From contig JBBDYJ010000043.1 in assembly GCA_040901675.1 (NCBI GenBank), forward strand, positions 17,083 through 60,556: a stretch of DNA of 43,474 nt. The letters run 5' to 3'. The notes below the pieces were generated by a model. That model was given only the letters and a program-made list of their open reading frames with translations. It ran no database searches and had not been told where the DNA came from. Position 1 is the first letter of the stretch. Each line of letters opens with the position of its first letter. Origin of the DNA: Pirellulales bacterium. Lineage in GTDB: Bacteria; Planctomycetota; Planctomycetia; Pirellulales; JAICIG01. Shown piece by piece: positions 16,986 through 26,343 of the stretch. A program made the position numbers and the translations under genes.

Positions 16986-18410
16986 ATGCTGTTCTGCTCG
17001 CAACAGTACCTTCTGTTCTTCGTGCTGGTGTTCGGCCTCTACTGGGCATTGCCTTGGCAACGGGGCAGGGTCTACTTGTTGCTGGCCGCCAGCTTCTACT
17101 TTTACGCAAGCTGGAACCACTGGCTGGCGGCGATCATCGCCGTCTCGACCACGGTCGACTATTGGGTGGCTCGCGGCATGCAATCAGCCGGCGATCCGCG
17201 CCGCCGAAAGCTGCTGTTGAGCGTGACCGTTGTCGGCAACCTGGCGCTGTTGTGCTACTTCAAGTACGCCAACTTCTTCCTGGAATCGTTGGAGCAGGCG
17301 CTGCGGGCGGCGGGCAGCACCGCCTCGCTCCCGCTGCTCTCCGTGATCCTCCCCATCGGCATCTCGTTCTACACCTTCGAAGCGATCAACTACGCGGTCG
17401 ATGTCTACAGACGGCACGTGCCGGCCGAACGGAGCCTGGCCAACTTCATGCTGTTCATCACCTTCTTTCCGCACCTGGTGGCCGGGCCGATCGTCAGGGC
17501 CCGCGACTTCCTCCCCCAAATCCAGCGGGCCAAGCATTGGGACTGGGCACGAATGCAGCTCGGCGTCTCCTTCTTTCTCATGGGTTTGTTCAAAAAGCTG
17601 GCCATCGCCGACCGGATGGCCCTCTTCGCCGACCCCGTCTTTGCCAATCCCGAACAATACCGCACCAGTGCGGTCTGGCTGGCCGTCCTCGCCTATGCTT
17701 TGCAAATCTACTGCGATTTTTCCGGCTATACCGACATGGCCTTGGGCTCGGCCCACATGCTCGGATACAAGCTGGCCAAGAACTTCAACATGCCCTACCT
17801 GGCCGCCAACATCTCCGACTTCTGGCGGCGCTGGCACATCTCGCTCTCGAGCTGGCTCCGCGACTACCTGTTCATTCCCCTGGGAGGCAGCCGCCGCAGC
17901 GCCTGGCAGACCAACCGCAACTTGCTGATCACCATGACCCTTGGCGGCCTGTGGCATGGCGCCAGTTGGACCTTTGTGGCCTGGGGCGTTTTGCACGGCC
18001 TCCTCTTGATCGGCCATCGGGGATTCAAGGCCTTTTGCCGCGCCAGGCCGCGCCTGGAAAGGCTCCTGGCCAACCCGCTGGGCACGGCGGCCGGCGTCGC
18101 GCTGACGTTTGTCACCGTGGCGCTGGCCTGGGTCTTCTTTCGGGCGACCACTTTCGCGGGCGCGGCGGCCATGTTCCAGCAGATGTTCGTGCCGCACCGC
18201 GGGCTCGGCCTCCCCTTGCACAAGTCGAGCCTGCTCGTGCTGGCTTGCCTCATGCTGGTCTGCCACGTCCTCGTCGAGCGCGGGGTCTGGAAAAAGCTCG
18301 CTCCCCGGCTGTCGGCCCCCGCGATGGGATTTGGTTATGCGCTGGTGTTGATTCTCTCAATGGTCCTGGCCCCGGACGCCGGCAAGGCCTTTATTTACTT
18401 TCAGTTCTAG
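16986..18410 (+). CDS. MBOAT O-acyltransferase (AlgI/DltB/PatA-like)
   Basis: LPIGISFYTF, FFPHLVAGPI, DFSGYTDMA, FWRRWHISLSSWLRDY, GLWHG and terminal FIYFQF. Confidence 0.95.
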   Translation: MLFCSQQYLLFFVLVFGLYWALPWQRGRVYLLLAASFYFYASWNHWLAAIIAVSTTVDYWVARGMQSAGDPRRRKLLLSVTVVGNLALLCYFKYANFFLESLEQALRAAGSTASLPLLSVILPIGISFYTFEAINYAVDVYRRHVPAERSLANFMLFITFFPHLVAGPIVRARDFLPQIQRAKHWDWARMQLGVSFFLMGLFKKLAIADRMALFADPVFANPEQYRTSAVWLAVLAYALQIYCDFSGYTDMALGSAHMLGYKLAKNFNMPYLAANISDFWRRWHISLSSWLRDYLFIPLGGSRRSAWQTNRNLLITMTLGGLWHGASWTFVAWGVLHGLLLIGHRGFKAFCRARPRLERLLANPLGTAAGVALTFVTVALAWVFFRATTFAGAAAMFQQMFVPHRGLGLPLHKSSLLVLACLMLVCHVLVERGVWKKLAPRLSAPAMGFGYALVLILSMVLAPDAGKAFIYFQF

Positions 18411-18420
18411 GCGCAGAGCC

Positions 18421-19542
18421 ATGGCCAAAACACGGCGAACCAGACCGGCCTTCGTGCAACGTGGACGCCAGGCCCTGGCTTGGGGCCTGGTTTGGGTGCT
18501 GGCTTTGCACGTTGGGCTGTCGATCTCGTTGGAAACGTGGTTGCCGGTGGCGCGCGACCCCGAATACGGCCGCAAATTGGCCCTGCTGCGCCAGCGGATT
18601 GCCGAAGATCCCCAGCGGCCGCTGGTCCTGGTGCTCGGCAGTTCGCGGTCCGGGCTGGGAGTTCGTCCGGCGGCTTTCGAGCCGCGGCCGGATCCGGCGG
18701 GGCGGGCGCCCCTCGTTTTCAATTTCGCCATGACCGGCGCGGGGCCAGTTCATGAGCTGATGTTCCTGCGGCGGCTGCTGGCCCAGGGCATTCATCCCCG
18801 GATGGTGCTGATCGAGGTGCACCCACTGTTCTTGCACCAGCAGAGCGGCTACGCCGAAGAGAATTGGTTGAACATCAACCGCCTCCAGCGGTGCGATCTG
18901 GAGTTGCTGGCGCGCTACCACTCGAATTACCCCGCCGTACATCACCACTGGCGATGGTCGCGGCTGGCCCCCTGGTGGGCCCACCGTTTCACGCTCTTGG
19001 CCCTCTTCGAGCCCCGCTGGGTCCAGCAGGAGTCGCGGCCGGATACTTGGACCCGCCTCGATCCCGATGGCTGGCTGCCGTTCCATCGAGAGCAAGTCAC
19101 CCTCGACGAATACGGCCGGGCCCGCGAGCTGGCCAAAAAAGAGTACGCAAGGGCCCTCCAATCCTTCCACGTCACCAGCGTACCCGACCGCGCCATTCGA
19201 GAGCTGTTCGATCTGTGCCGCAGGCACGAAATTGCCACGGGCCTCTTCGTGATGCCCGAAGCGTCCGACTTCCGAAGCTGGTATCCCGACAGTGCTCGCG
19301 AGCAGGTTGACGCCTACCTGGCGGCGCTATGCCGGGAATACCAGTGCCCCTTGGTCGATGCCACCTTTTGGATCGAGGACGCCCTGTTTTCCGACGGACA
19401 CCACCTGCTGCCGGCCGGCGCTAACCACTTTTCGCAGCGATTCGGACGCGAGGTGCTCCAGCCCATGCTCGCCCGCGCCGGCCTGCCAACATCGCCCGCC
19501 GCGGACGTCGCGAGTAAGCGCCGGACGAAGACGTCGCGCTAG
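18421..19542 (+). CDS. Membrane-anchored SGNH-like/DltD-like partner of the MBOAT
   Basis: N-terminal TM, LGSSR motif and a C-terminal FSDGHHL (DxxH); 10 bp after the MBOAT gene. Confidence 0.7.
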   Translation: MAKTRRTRPAFVQRGRQALAWGLVWVLALHVGLSISLETWLPVARDPEYGRKLALLRQRIAEDPQRPLVLVLGSSRSGLGVRPAAFEPRPDPAGRAPLVFNFAMTGAGPVHELMFLRRLLAQGIHPRMVLIEVHPLFLHQQSGYAEENWLNINRLQRCDLELLARYHSNYPAVHHHWRWSRLAPWWAHRFTLLALFEPRWVQQESRPDTWTRLDPDGWLPFHREQVTLDEYGRARELAKKEYARALQSFHVTSVPDRAIRELFDLCRRHEIATGLFVMPEASDFRSWYPDSAREQVDAYLAALCREYQCPLVDATFWIEDALFSDGHHLLPAGANHFSQRFGREVLQPMLARAGLPTSPAADVASKRRTKTSR

Positions 19543-19613
19543 CCCCGATCAACTCAGCAGCAGCCGCACGTCGTCGGCCGTCAGGCTGGCCAGCAGGTTG
19601 CTGTCGGCCGAGA

Positions 19614-20096
19614 TCAACCCTTGGCCGCATACAGCTCCGCAAACTCCAGGACCCACAGGTCGACCATCTCGGTGAAGCTCTGCGGATCGGCCTCGCCCAG
19701 CCGCTGAAAGTGGGTCCGGTTGTAGACCTCCTTGTTGCGGATCGTTCCCTTGGCCGACAATTCGAGCACGTGATAGGCCGAGTAGGGGCGCACGGTCATC
19801 TCCAGACGGCTGAAAAAATTCCGCCGCCCGCCGTCCGGTCGCCCCACGTCGTCCCGGCTGATCGCCGCCCCCCAGCCGCGATCGCCCACCACCGTCTCGT
19901 AACGGAAACCCGGAAAGTGATCCGGCAGTTTCTTGAGACAGCGCTCGATGTGTTCCGACAGCTCCAGCCGATACTGCGTGTGCAGCCGCTTCAGCTCCTC
20001 CTCGCTGATCGCCTGCTGGGCGGCCGCCCGCGCCTGGGCATCGCCAGCGCGCTGGCCCCGTTCGATCGCTTTTTCGAGACGCTTTTCAAATTCCAT
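19614..20096 (-). CDS. Hypothetical protein
   Basis: About 160 aa with host-like codon usage; follows tex on the same strand. Confidence 0.75.
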   Translation of the reverse strand: MEFEKRLEKAIERGQRAGDAQARAAAQQAISEEELKRLHTQYRLELSEHIERCLKKLPDHFPGFRYETVVGDRGWGAAISRDDVGRPDGGRRNFFSRLEMTVRPYSAYHVLELSAKGTIRNKEVYNRTHFQRLGEADPQSFTEMVDLWVLEFAELYAAKG

Positions 20097-20142
20097 CAAG
20101 GCATGCCCGGTTGATGCGGCCCAAGTTGCGTGCTCTCGCCTT

Positions 20143-23043
20143 TCAAGACGCGGCGGTCTCCTGGTCGCCCTCGCCTTGCTCCTGCTGCTTGAGGTCCAAA
20201 AATTGTTTCAGGTCGCCGAACGTCCGCAGCGGCGCCTTGCCTTCTTTCATGTCCTTCGTCAACGGCACCACCGGCCGCGGCCTGGACGGCCGAGGCTTGG
20301 ACGGCGGCCCCGGACTCTTGAACTTCGGCTTCTGGCCCGCGGGACGCCCGGCCGCCGCCGCCGGACGCGCTGCGCGCGGCGGTCGACCGCCCCCGCGGGC
20401 CGGCTCTCCGGCGCCCTGGGCCGGCGGGGCCGCCCCCCGGCGCGACTCGGCCTGGCGGCGCGTGCCCGGCTTGATCATCGTCAACGAAACCCGCCGCCGG
20501 TCCTTGTCCACTTCCAGCACCCACACGTGTACGATGTCGCCCACCGACACCACCTCGTGCGGATCTTGCACGAACTTGTTGGCCAACTGGCTGATGTGTA
20601 CCAGGCCGCTGTCTTTCAGACCGACGTCGATGAACGCCCCGAAATCGACCACGTTCAGCACGGTTCCCGACAGCTCCATCCCGGCAGTCAGGTCGTCCAG
20701 CTTCAGCACCCCTCGCTTGAAAATCGGAAGCGGCAGCGACTCGCGCGGGTCGCGGCCCGGACGGGTCAACTGCGCCACAATGTCGGCCAACGTCAGAGCA
20801 CCCACGTTGATCTCGCCGGTCAGCTTTTCCAGCTCGACCTGTGCCGCCCGCTCCGCTACTTGGGCCGCCCGCTGCGCGTCGGTCAGGTCGTCAGGCGTGG
20901 CGTCCAGCCGGGCTAGCGCCTGGTGCGCCGCCTGGTAGCTCTCCGGATGAATCCACGTGGCGTCCAGCGGGTTGGAGCCTCCCACGATCTTCAAGAAGCC
21001 GGCCGCCTGCACGAAGGTGGCCTCTCCGAAGCCTTGAATGCTCTTCAGCTCCTCGCGGCTCTTGAAGGGGCCCCGCGCCGTACGGTAATCGAACACCCGC
21101 TGGGCCGTGAGCTGGTTCAAACCCGAAACGTACCGCAACAGCGCGGGGCTGGCGCTGTTCAGGTCCACACCCACGTAATTCACGCAACTGGCTACCACGG
21201 CGTCCAGCGACTCCCGCAGATGCTTGGCCTTGACGTCGTGCTGATACATTCCCACGCCGATGTTCGCCGGATCGATCTTCACCAGCTCACTCAGCGGGTC
21301 CTGCAGCCGGCGCCCGATCGAAATGGCCCCGCGCAGCGTCGCGTCGTACTCCGGAAACTCCTCGCGCCCCAGGCGGCTCGTCGAGTACACGCTGGCCCCC
21401 GCCTCGTTCACGATCACGTACGCCACTTTCTGCTCGGCCAGCTCCCCGGCGATCAGGTCGCTGATCCATTGTTCGGTTTCGCGGCAGGCCGTCCCGTTCC
21501 CGATCGCCACCACGCTCAACTGGTGCCGCCGAACCAGGTCCGCCACTTTCTGGTTGGCTTCCGCCCGCCGCTCGGGCTTGCCGATCAGGTGCGCCACCCC
21601 GTGATCGAGCGGTTTGCCGAACTCATCGAGCGCCACCAGCTTGCAGCCGCTCTTGAACCCCGGGTCGATCGCCAGCACGCGGCGGTCCCGAATCGGCGGC
21701 TGCAGCAGCAGGTTCCGCAGGTTGCGGGCAAACACTCCCACCGCGTGTGCCTCGGCCCGGTCGGTCAACTCCCGGCGCACCTCCCGCTCCAGGCTGGGCA
21801 GCACCAGGCGGGCCAGCGCGTCGCGCCCGCAACCGGTCAAAAAACCCGCGTGTGGATGGCCCGCTGGGACCAGCAATTCATCCACCGCCTGGTACATCGC
21901 TTCCAGGTCGGTCTCGACCTTCACCCGCAACGCCCCCGCCTTTTCGCCGCGATTGATGGCCAGCACGCGGTGGGGAGGAATCTTGGCCAGCGATTCGTTG
22001 TAGTTGAAGTAATCGCGGAACGCCTTGTGGTCGGCCGTCTCCCGCTTGCCGCCACGCTGCCTCTTTGCCCCTCGGCGGGCCGGCCTGGCGGGTACCTTCT
22101 CCGGCGGTTTTTCGGCCGCTTTTTCTCCCGATGTTTCCGACGCCGGCCCGGAGCCACCGCCGCCCGGCGGCTCAGCCGGCTCAGAAACACTGCCGCCCGG
22201 CTCAGAAACACTGCCGCCCGGCTCAGAAACACTGCCGCCCGGCGGCTCAGAAACACTGCCGGCCGATTCGTCCGCCAACTGCTCACCCGCCGCTGGCTCC
22301 GCGGGCTCCGGCGGCTCCGCTCGTGCGGCGTCCGGCGGCGGCGGGGGCGGTGGAGGAGGCGTAGGCGCGGCAGGCGCGGCAGGCGCGGCAGGCGCGGCAG
22401 GCGGCTGGCTCGCCACCTTCTCCTTGCTCGGCCCCGCTTCGCTTTCGACCGCCGTCGATACCAGCTTGCCTGTGCCCTCCAGGATCGAACGCAGCTTGCC
22501 GCGCAGCTCCGCGCGCTCGCTGAACATCTCCGCCAGGATGTGACCGGCACCCAGCAGCGCATCGGCCGCATTGAGCACCTGGCGGTCGGCGTTGACGAAA
22601 TCCCGCGCTCGCAGGTCCAGGTCGGCGGCCGCCGCGTCGGCTTCCAGAATCTCCAGCGCCAGCGGCTCCAGCCCGCGGCTGCGGGCCACCGTGGCCAGCG
22701 TCTGTTTCTTCGGCTTGAACGGCAGGTACAGGTCTTCGAGCTGCTTCGTCGTGTCGGCCGCCTGAATGGCGGCCGCCAGTTCCACTGTGAGCTTGCCCTG
22801 CGACTCGATGGAGCGAACGATCGTCTGCTTCCGCTCGGCCAGCAAGCGAAGCTTGACCACGCGCGACTGAATCTGGCCGATCTGCTCTTCGTCCAGGCCG
22901 CCCGTCTGGTCCTTGCGGTACCGCGTGATGAACGGCACCGTGTTGCCCGCATCGAGCAGTTCGACGACGGTGTGCACGCGTGCCGTCGCCAAGCCGAGAG
23001 ATTGAGACACCTGCCCGAAGTCAATGGAAACCCTACTCGCCAT
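20143..23043 (-). CDS. tex: Tex family RNA-binding transcription accessory protein (YqgF, HhH and S1 domains)
   Basis: NTVPFITRYRKD, LEDLYLPF, AIDPG, NEAGASVYS, RRLQDPLSELVKI and C-terminal S1 FGAFIDVG motifs. Confidence 0.95.
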   Translation of the reverse strand: MASRVSIDFGQVSQSLGLATARVHTVVELLDAGNTVPFITRYRKDQTGGLDEEQIGQIQSRVVKLRLLAERKQTIVRSIESQGKLTVELAAAIQAADTTKQLEDLYLPFKPKKQTLATVARSRGLEPLALEILEADAAAADLDLRARDFVNADRQVLNAADALLGAGHILAEMFSERAELRGKLRSILEGTGKLVSTAVESEAGPSKEKVASQPPAAPAAPAAPAAPTPPPPPPPPPDAARAEPPEPAEPAAGEQLADESAGSVSEPPGGSVSEPGGSVSEPGGSVSEPAEPPGGGGSGPASETSGEKAAEKPPEKVPARPARRGAKRQRGGKRETADHKAFRDYFNYNESLAKIPPHRVLAINRGEKAGALRVKVETDLEAMYQAVDELLVPAGHPHAGFLTGCGRDALARLVLPSLEREVRRELTDRAEAHAVGVFARNLRNLLLQPPIRDRRVLAIDPGFKSGCKLVALDEFGKPLDHGVAHLIGKPERRAEANQKVADLVRRHQLSVVAIGNGTACRETEQWISDLIAGELAEQKVAYVIVNEAGASVYSTSRLGREEFPEYDATLRGAISIGRRLQDPLSELVKIDPANIGVGMYQHDVKAKHLRESLDAVVASCVNYVGVDLNSASPALLRYVSGLNQLTAQRVFDYRTARGPFKSREELKSIQGFGEATFVQAAGFLKIVGGSNPLDATWIHPESYQAAHQALARLDATPDDLTDAQRAAQVAERAAQVELEKLTGEINVGALTLADIVAQLTRPGRDPRESLPLPIFKRGVLKLDDLTAGMELSGTVLNVVDFGAFIDVGLKDSGLVHISQLANKFVQDPHEVVSVGDIVHVWVLEVDKDRRRVSLTMIKPGTRRQAESRRGAAPPAQGAGEPARGGGRPPRAARPAAAAGRPAGQKPKFKSPGPPSKPRPSRPRPVVPLTKDMKEGKAPLRTFGDLKQFLDLKQQEQGEGDQETAAS
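22178..22400. repeat. Coding tandem repeats in the Tex insertion
   Basis: 21-bp GGCTCAGAAACACTGCCGCCC x4 (GGSVSEP) and 9-bp GGCGCGGCA x4 (PAA). Confidence 0.9.
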
Positions 23044-23345
23044 GTAGCCTTCCGCTCGCGCTGGTTCGACGCAACAGTTTTCGTGCAATGCACTTAACCG
23101 TTTGGCAATCTAGGTACTCGTGTCCGCAGTGTCAAGTTGCCCCTGCCCCGGCCGGCTATGCCAATCGCAGTTGCCCAACTTGCCTAATAGCCCACCGCTA
23201 CGACCGCCCGGCCCGGCACGACCCATTTGCCGCTGCCGATCTGAAAAACCGCCAATGCCGGAGAAATACATCAAACCCGCATCACGCACTTTGCCGATAC
23301 AGAGATAACTCGATCAGGATCCGTAACGCAAGGAAGCGACCTGCG

Positions 23346-23588
23346 ATGGCTCGAAGCCGATTGAGAGTCTATTACGGCCCGGAAACCGCTCGTGCCACGC
23401 TGGGCAAGGCGAAGAAGTCCCAAAACACCGTGCGTTTGCCCCTGGGCGAGGTGCTTCCTCTCTTGGCCGATGCAGTCCGTAGCGAGCGGACTTGGCTGAA
23501 TGATTTCGAGGATGACGAAATCACCATCTCCAACGATCTCTACGAAGTCATCCTGGCATACCAGCACTGCCGCCGGCCAAGCGCCTGA
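23346..23588 (+). CDS. Small hypothetical protein (80 aa)
   Basis: MARSRLRVYYGP...WLNDFEDDEITISNDLYEVILAY; AGGAAG upstream; divergent from tex. Confidence 0.7.
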   Translation: MARSRLRVYYGPETARATLGKAKKSQNTVRLPLGEVLPLLADAVRSERTWLNDFEDDEITISNDLYEVILAYQHCRRPSA

Positions 23589-23738
23589 CCCGATTGCTTC
23601 TCCCCACTTGCCGGCCGCCATGCCCGGTCGCGGTCACCCGCTGCCCCTCCCACGCTATAATTGACCTGTCCTTTTGGACCGTGGCACCTCCTCGTGCCGT
23701 CCAAAACACAGCATCCAGCATACTGACAGGCCTGCCGC

Positions 23739-24791
23739 GTGAGTACCAGCGATTCGTCGCCGACTTCGGATTCCCCCGGGCTCCCGCCCGATGTCGAGGG
23801 AGCCAGGATCATCGAGGGCCTCGACCGCAGCCGGGTCCACGACCTGATCACCATGATCAAGGAGTCGGCCGACAAGCTGGCCCAGGACCAGACCAGCCGC
23901 GGCGACTTGAAGATCCTCAGCCGCGCCCTGCGCGAGCTGCGTTACGCCTTCAAGGTCTTCTCCCCTTACCGCACCCGCCGCAAGGTGACTGTCTTCGGGT
24001 CCGCCCGCACGCGCCCGCACGAGCCCGCCTTCGAGCAGGCCGTCGCCTTCGGCAAGGCCATGGCCGAGGCCAAGTGGCTGGTCGTCACCGGGGCCGCCAG
24101 CGGAATCATGGAGGCCGGTCACCTCGGCGCCGGCCGCGAGAATTCGATGGGGCTGAACATCATGCTCCCCTTCGAGCAGGAGGCCAACCCCGTCATCGCC
24201 GGCGATCCCAAGCTGGTGCACATGAAATACTTCTTCACCCGCAAGCTGATGTTCGTCAAGGAGTGCGACGCCGTCTGCCTGCTGCCCGGCGGCTTCGGCA
24301 CGCTCGACGAAGGCTTGGAAGTGCTCACCTTGCTGCAGACCGGCAAGCGCGACATGGTCCCCGTCGTGTTTCTCGACGAGCCCGGCGGCAGTTTCTGGCA
24401 TGACTGGCACCAATACGTCCAGAAGCGGCTGCTGGCCCAGGGAATGATCTCGCCCGAGGACCTCGCGCTCTACAAGCTGACCGATCGCGTCGACGAGGCC
24501 GTGGACGAGATTCTCCGCTTCTACCGGGTCTACCACAGCATGCGCTACGTGCGCAACAAGCTGGTCCTGCGGCTGCACTCGGCCCCCACCGGCGAGCTGC
24601 TGGAAGCGATCAATCACCACTTCGCCGATATCCTCGTCGATGGCCGCTTCGAGGTCACCGGACCACTCGGCGAGGAGCAGGATGAGCCCCTGCTGGCCGC
24701 CCTGCCCCGCTTGACCATGAAGTTCAACCGCCGCAACCTCGGCCGCCTCCGCCAGCTCATCGACACCCTCAACCGCGGCTCCCACCCGTAG
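23739..24791 (+). CDS. LOG family nucleotide monophosphate phosphoribohydrolase (TIGR00730-like) with extensions
   Basis: [13 protein letters not shown] and PGGFGTLDE motifs. Confidence 0.9.
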   Translation: MSTSDSSPTSDSPGLPPDVEGARIIEGLDRSRVHDLITMIKESADKLAQDQTSRGDLKILSRALRELRYAFKVFSPYRTRRKVTVFGSARTRPHEPAFEQAVAFGKAMAEAKWLVVTGAASGIMEAGHLGAGRENSMGLNIMLPFEQEANPVIAGDPKLVHMKYFFTRKLMFVKECDAVCLLPGGFGTLDEGLEVLTLLQTGKRDMVPVVFLDEPGGSFWHDWHQYVQKRLLAQGMISPEDLALYKLTDRVDEAVDEILRFYRVYHSMRYVRNKLVLRLHSAPTGELLEAINHHFADILVDGRFEVTGPLGEEQDEPLLAALPRLTMKFNRRNLGRLRQLIDTLNRGSHP

Positions 24792-24842
24792 CCGGATTCG
24801 GGCCCCGTCCCTCGTAGCCGAATTCGCCAGAATTCGGGCCCC
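24787..24842. repeat. Family A REP plus a truncated duplicate
   Basis: CGTAGCCGGATTCGGGCCCC followed by CGTAGCCGAATTCGCCAGAATTCGGGCCCC. Confidence 0.8.
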
Positions 24843-24855
24843 TGGCCCGTCCTCC

Positions 24856-26343
24856 TCATCCCCCCTTCCCCCCTTCCCCCCTTCCCCCGATCCCCTCCGC
24901 CACCAGCCTCTGCGCCGCCTGCTCACCGCTATGAATGCAGTGCGGCACGCCGACCCCGTAGTAGGCGTTGCCCGCCAGCTCGAGCTGACTCAGCGCGCCG
25001 GCACGCGACTCGATCCGAGCCACTACTTCGAGATGCCCCAGATGGTACTGCGGCATGCTGCCGCGCCACCGGCACACGCGGAATAACTCCGGACCGCCTC
25101 GGGCCCCGAGCAACTCGGCCAGCTCCTCGACCACCACCCGCCGCACCTCGCCGTCGTCCAGCTCGATCATCTCCGGCCTTTGCGCACCGCCCAAAAAGAC
25201 CCGCAGCAAAACCTTCCCCTGGGGCGCCCGCTGGGCAAACTTGACGCTCGCGAAACTGGCCGCGAGAATCCGCCGCCCTTCAATCTCGGGCACTACGAAC
25301 CCGAACCCGTCCAATGGATGAGCAATGTCGCTCCGGTCGTAGCCGGCCAGCGCCACGATGCTGCCGGCGTGGGGAATCGAATCCAGGTCGCCCGCCAGCG
25401 ACGCATCGACGGCCGACAGCAACCCTGCGGCCGAGTGGGCGGGCAAGGCGATTACCAGGCCATCGAACTGGCGCGGCTCGAGCCGGCCCGCCAACCGCAC
25501 GAGCCAGCCGCCCCCCTCGCGCCGTTCGATCGCTTCAACCTCCGATCCGGTTTCAATCGTGCCCGAAGGCAGCCGGCCGGCCAACGCCTCAACCAGGCTT
25601 TCCATGCCTCGCCGCGGCGCCAGGAAAAGCCCATAGCGCGCGCCGGCGTCGCCGTTGTCCTCGCCCGGTGTGCCGCGGCCGCCGTCGTACCCGGCTGCGG
25701 CCAGCCGCGCGCCTCGCAGCAGGCTGCCGTGCCGCCGCTCCATTTCGACAAACCGCGGCAAGGCGGCGGCCATGCTCAGTTGTTCAGCGTCTGCCGTGTA
25801 GATGCCGGCCACCAGCGGCTGCACCAGCCGCTCGAAGGCCTCGCGTCCGAGCCGCCGCCGCGCAAACGCGGCCAGGCTTTCGTCGGACTGCGACTGGCGC
25901 ACCGGCACAAACGGCTCCAACACGAGCCGCAGCTTGCCGGCCAAGCTGAGCAGCCTCGTGGTCAACAGCGGCCAGAGCCGGCTGGCGGCCAACAATGAGA
26001 AACCATCGGGCACCGCGTGCAGCCGTCCATCGCGGACAATAAACGCCCGGCGCCACGCCGCATTGGTCGGCATCAACTGGTCGGCAAAACCGATCCGGCG
26101 GCAAAGGTCGACGGCCCAGTCGGCGCTGCTGATGAAACTGTCGGCACTATGCTCCAACAGGTATCCATCGTGCTCTTCGGTCCGTAGTATGCCGCCGGCC
26201 CTGCCGCCGGCCTCAAACAACGTCACCGTGGCCGCCGCTTCGAGCTCGGTCAGACGGTGCGCGGCCGCCAGCCCCGTGATCCCGCCGCCGATCACCGCCA
26301 ATCGCCGCGGGGATGGGCCGTGCCTCGAATGGCTGTCGTTCAT
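24856..26343 (-). CDS. hemG: HemY/HemG FAD-dependent proto/coproporphyrinogen oxidase
   Basis: GGGITGLAAA, AGIY, GFGFVVP, MPQY and GVGVPHCI motifs; ATGA overlap with hemE. Confidence 0.92.
   Translation of the reverse strand: MNDSHSRHGPSPRRLAVIGGGITGLAAAHRLTELEAAATVTLFEAGGRAGGILRTEEHDGYLLEHSADSFISSADWAVDLCRRIGFADQLMPTNAAWRRAFIVRDGRLHAVPDGFSLLAASRLWPLLTTRLLSLAGKLRLVLEPFVPVRQSQSDESLAAFARRRLGREAFERLVQPLVAGIYTADAEQLSMAAALPRFVEMERRHGSLLRGARLAAAGYDGGRGTPGEDNGDAGARYGLFLAPRRGMESLVEALAGRLPSGTIETGSEVEAIERREGGGWLVRLAGRLEPRQFDGLVIALPAHSAAGLLSAVDASLAGDLDSIPHAGSIVALAGYDRSDIAHPLDGFGFVVPEIEGRRILAASFASVKFAQRAPQGKVLLRVFLGGAQRPEMIELDDGEVRRVVVEELAELLGARGGPELFRVCRWRGSMPQYHLGHLEVVARIESRAGALSQLELAGNAYYGVGVPHCIHSGEQAAQRLVAEGIGGRGEGGKGG

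Noticed and set aside
20923..23097. Long antisense or alternative-frame ORFs (e.g. 1852..4014, 20923..23097, 26313..28436, 34236..36758, 37804..40005, 41184..43352)
   Set aside because: Shadow ORFs typical of high-GC DNA, overlapping well-supported genes on the opposite strand.
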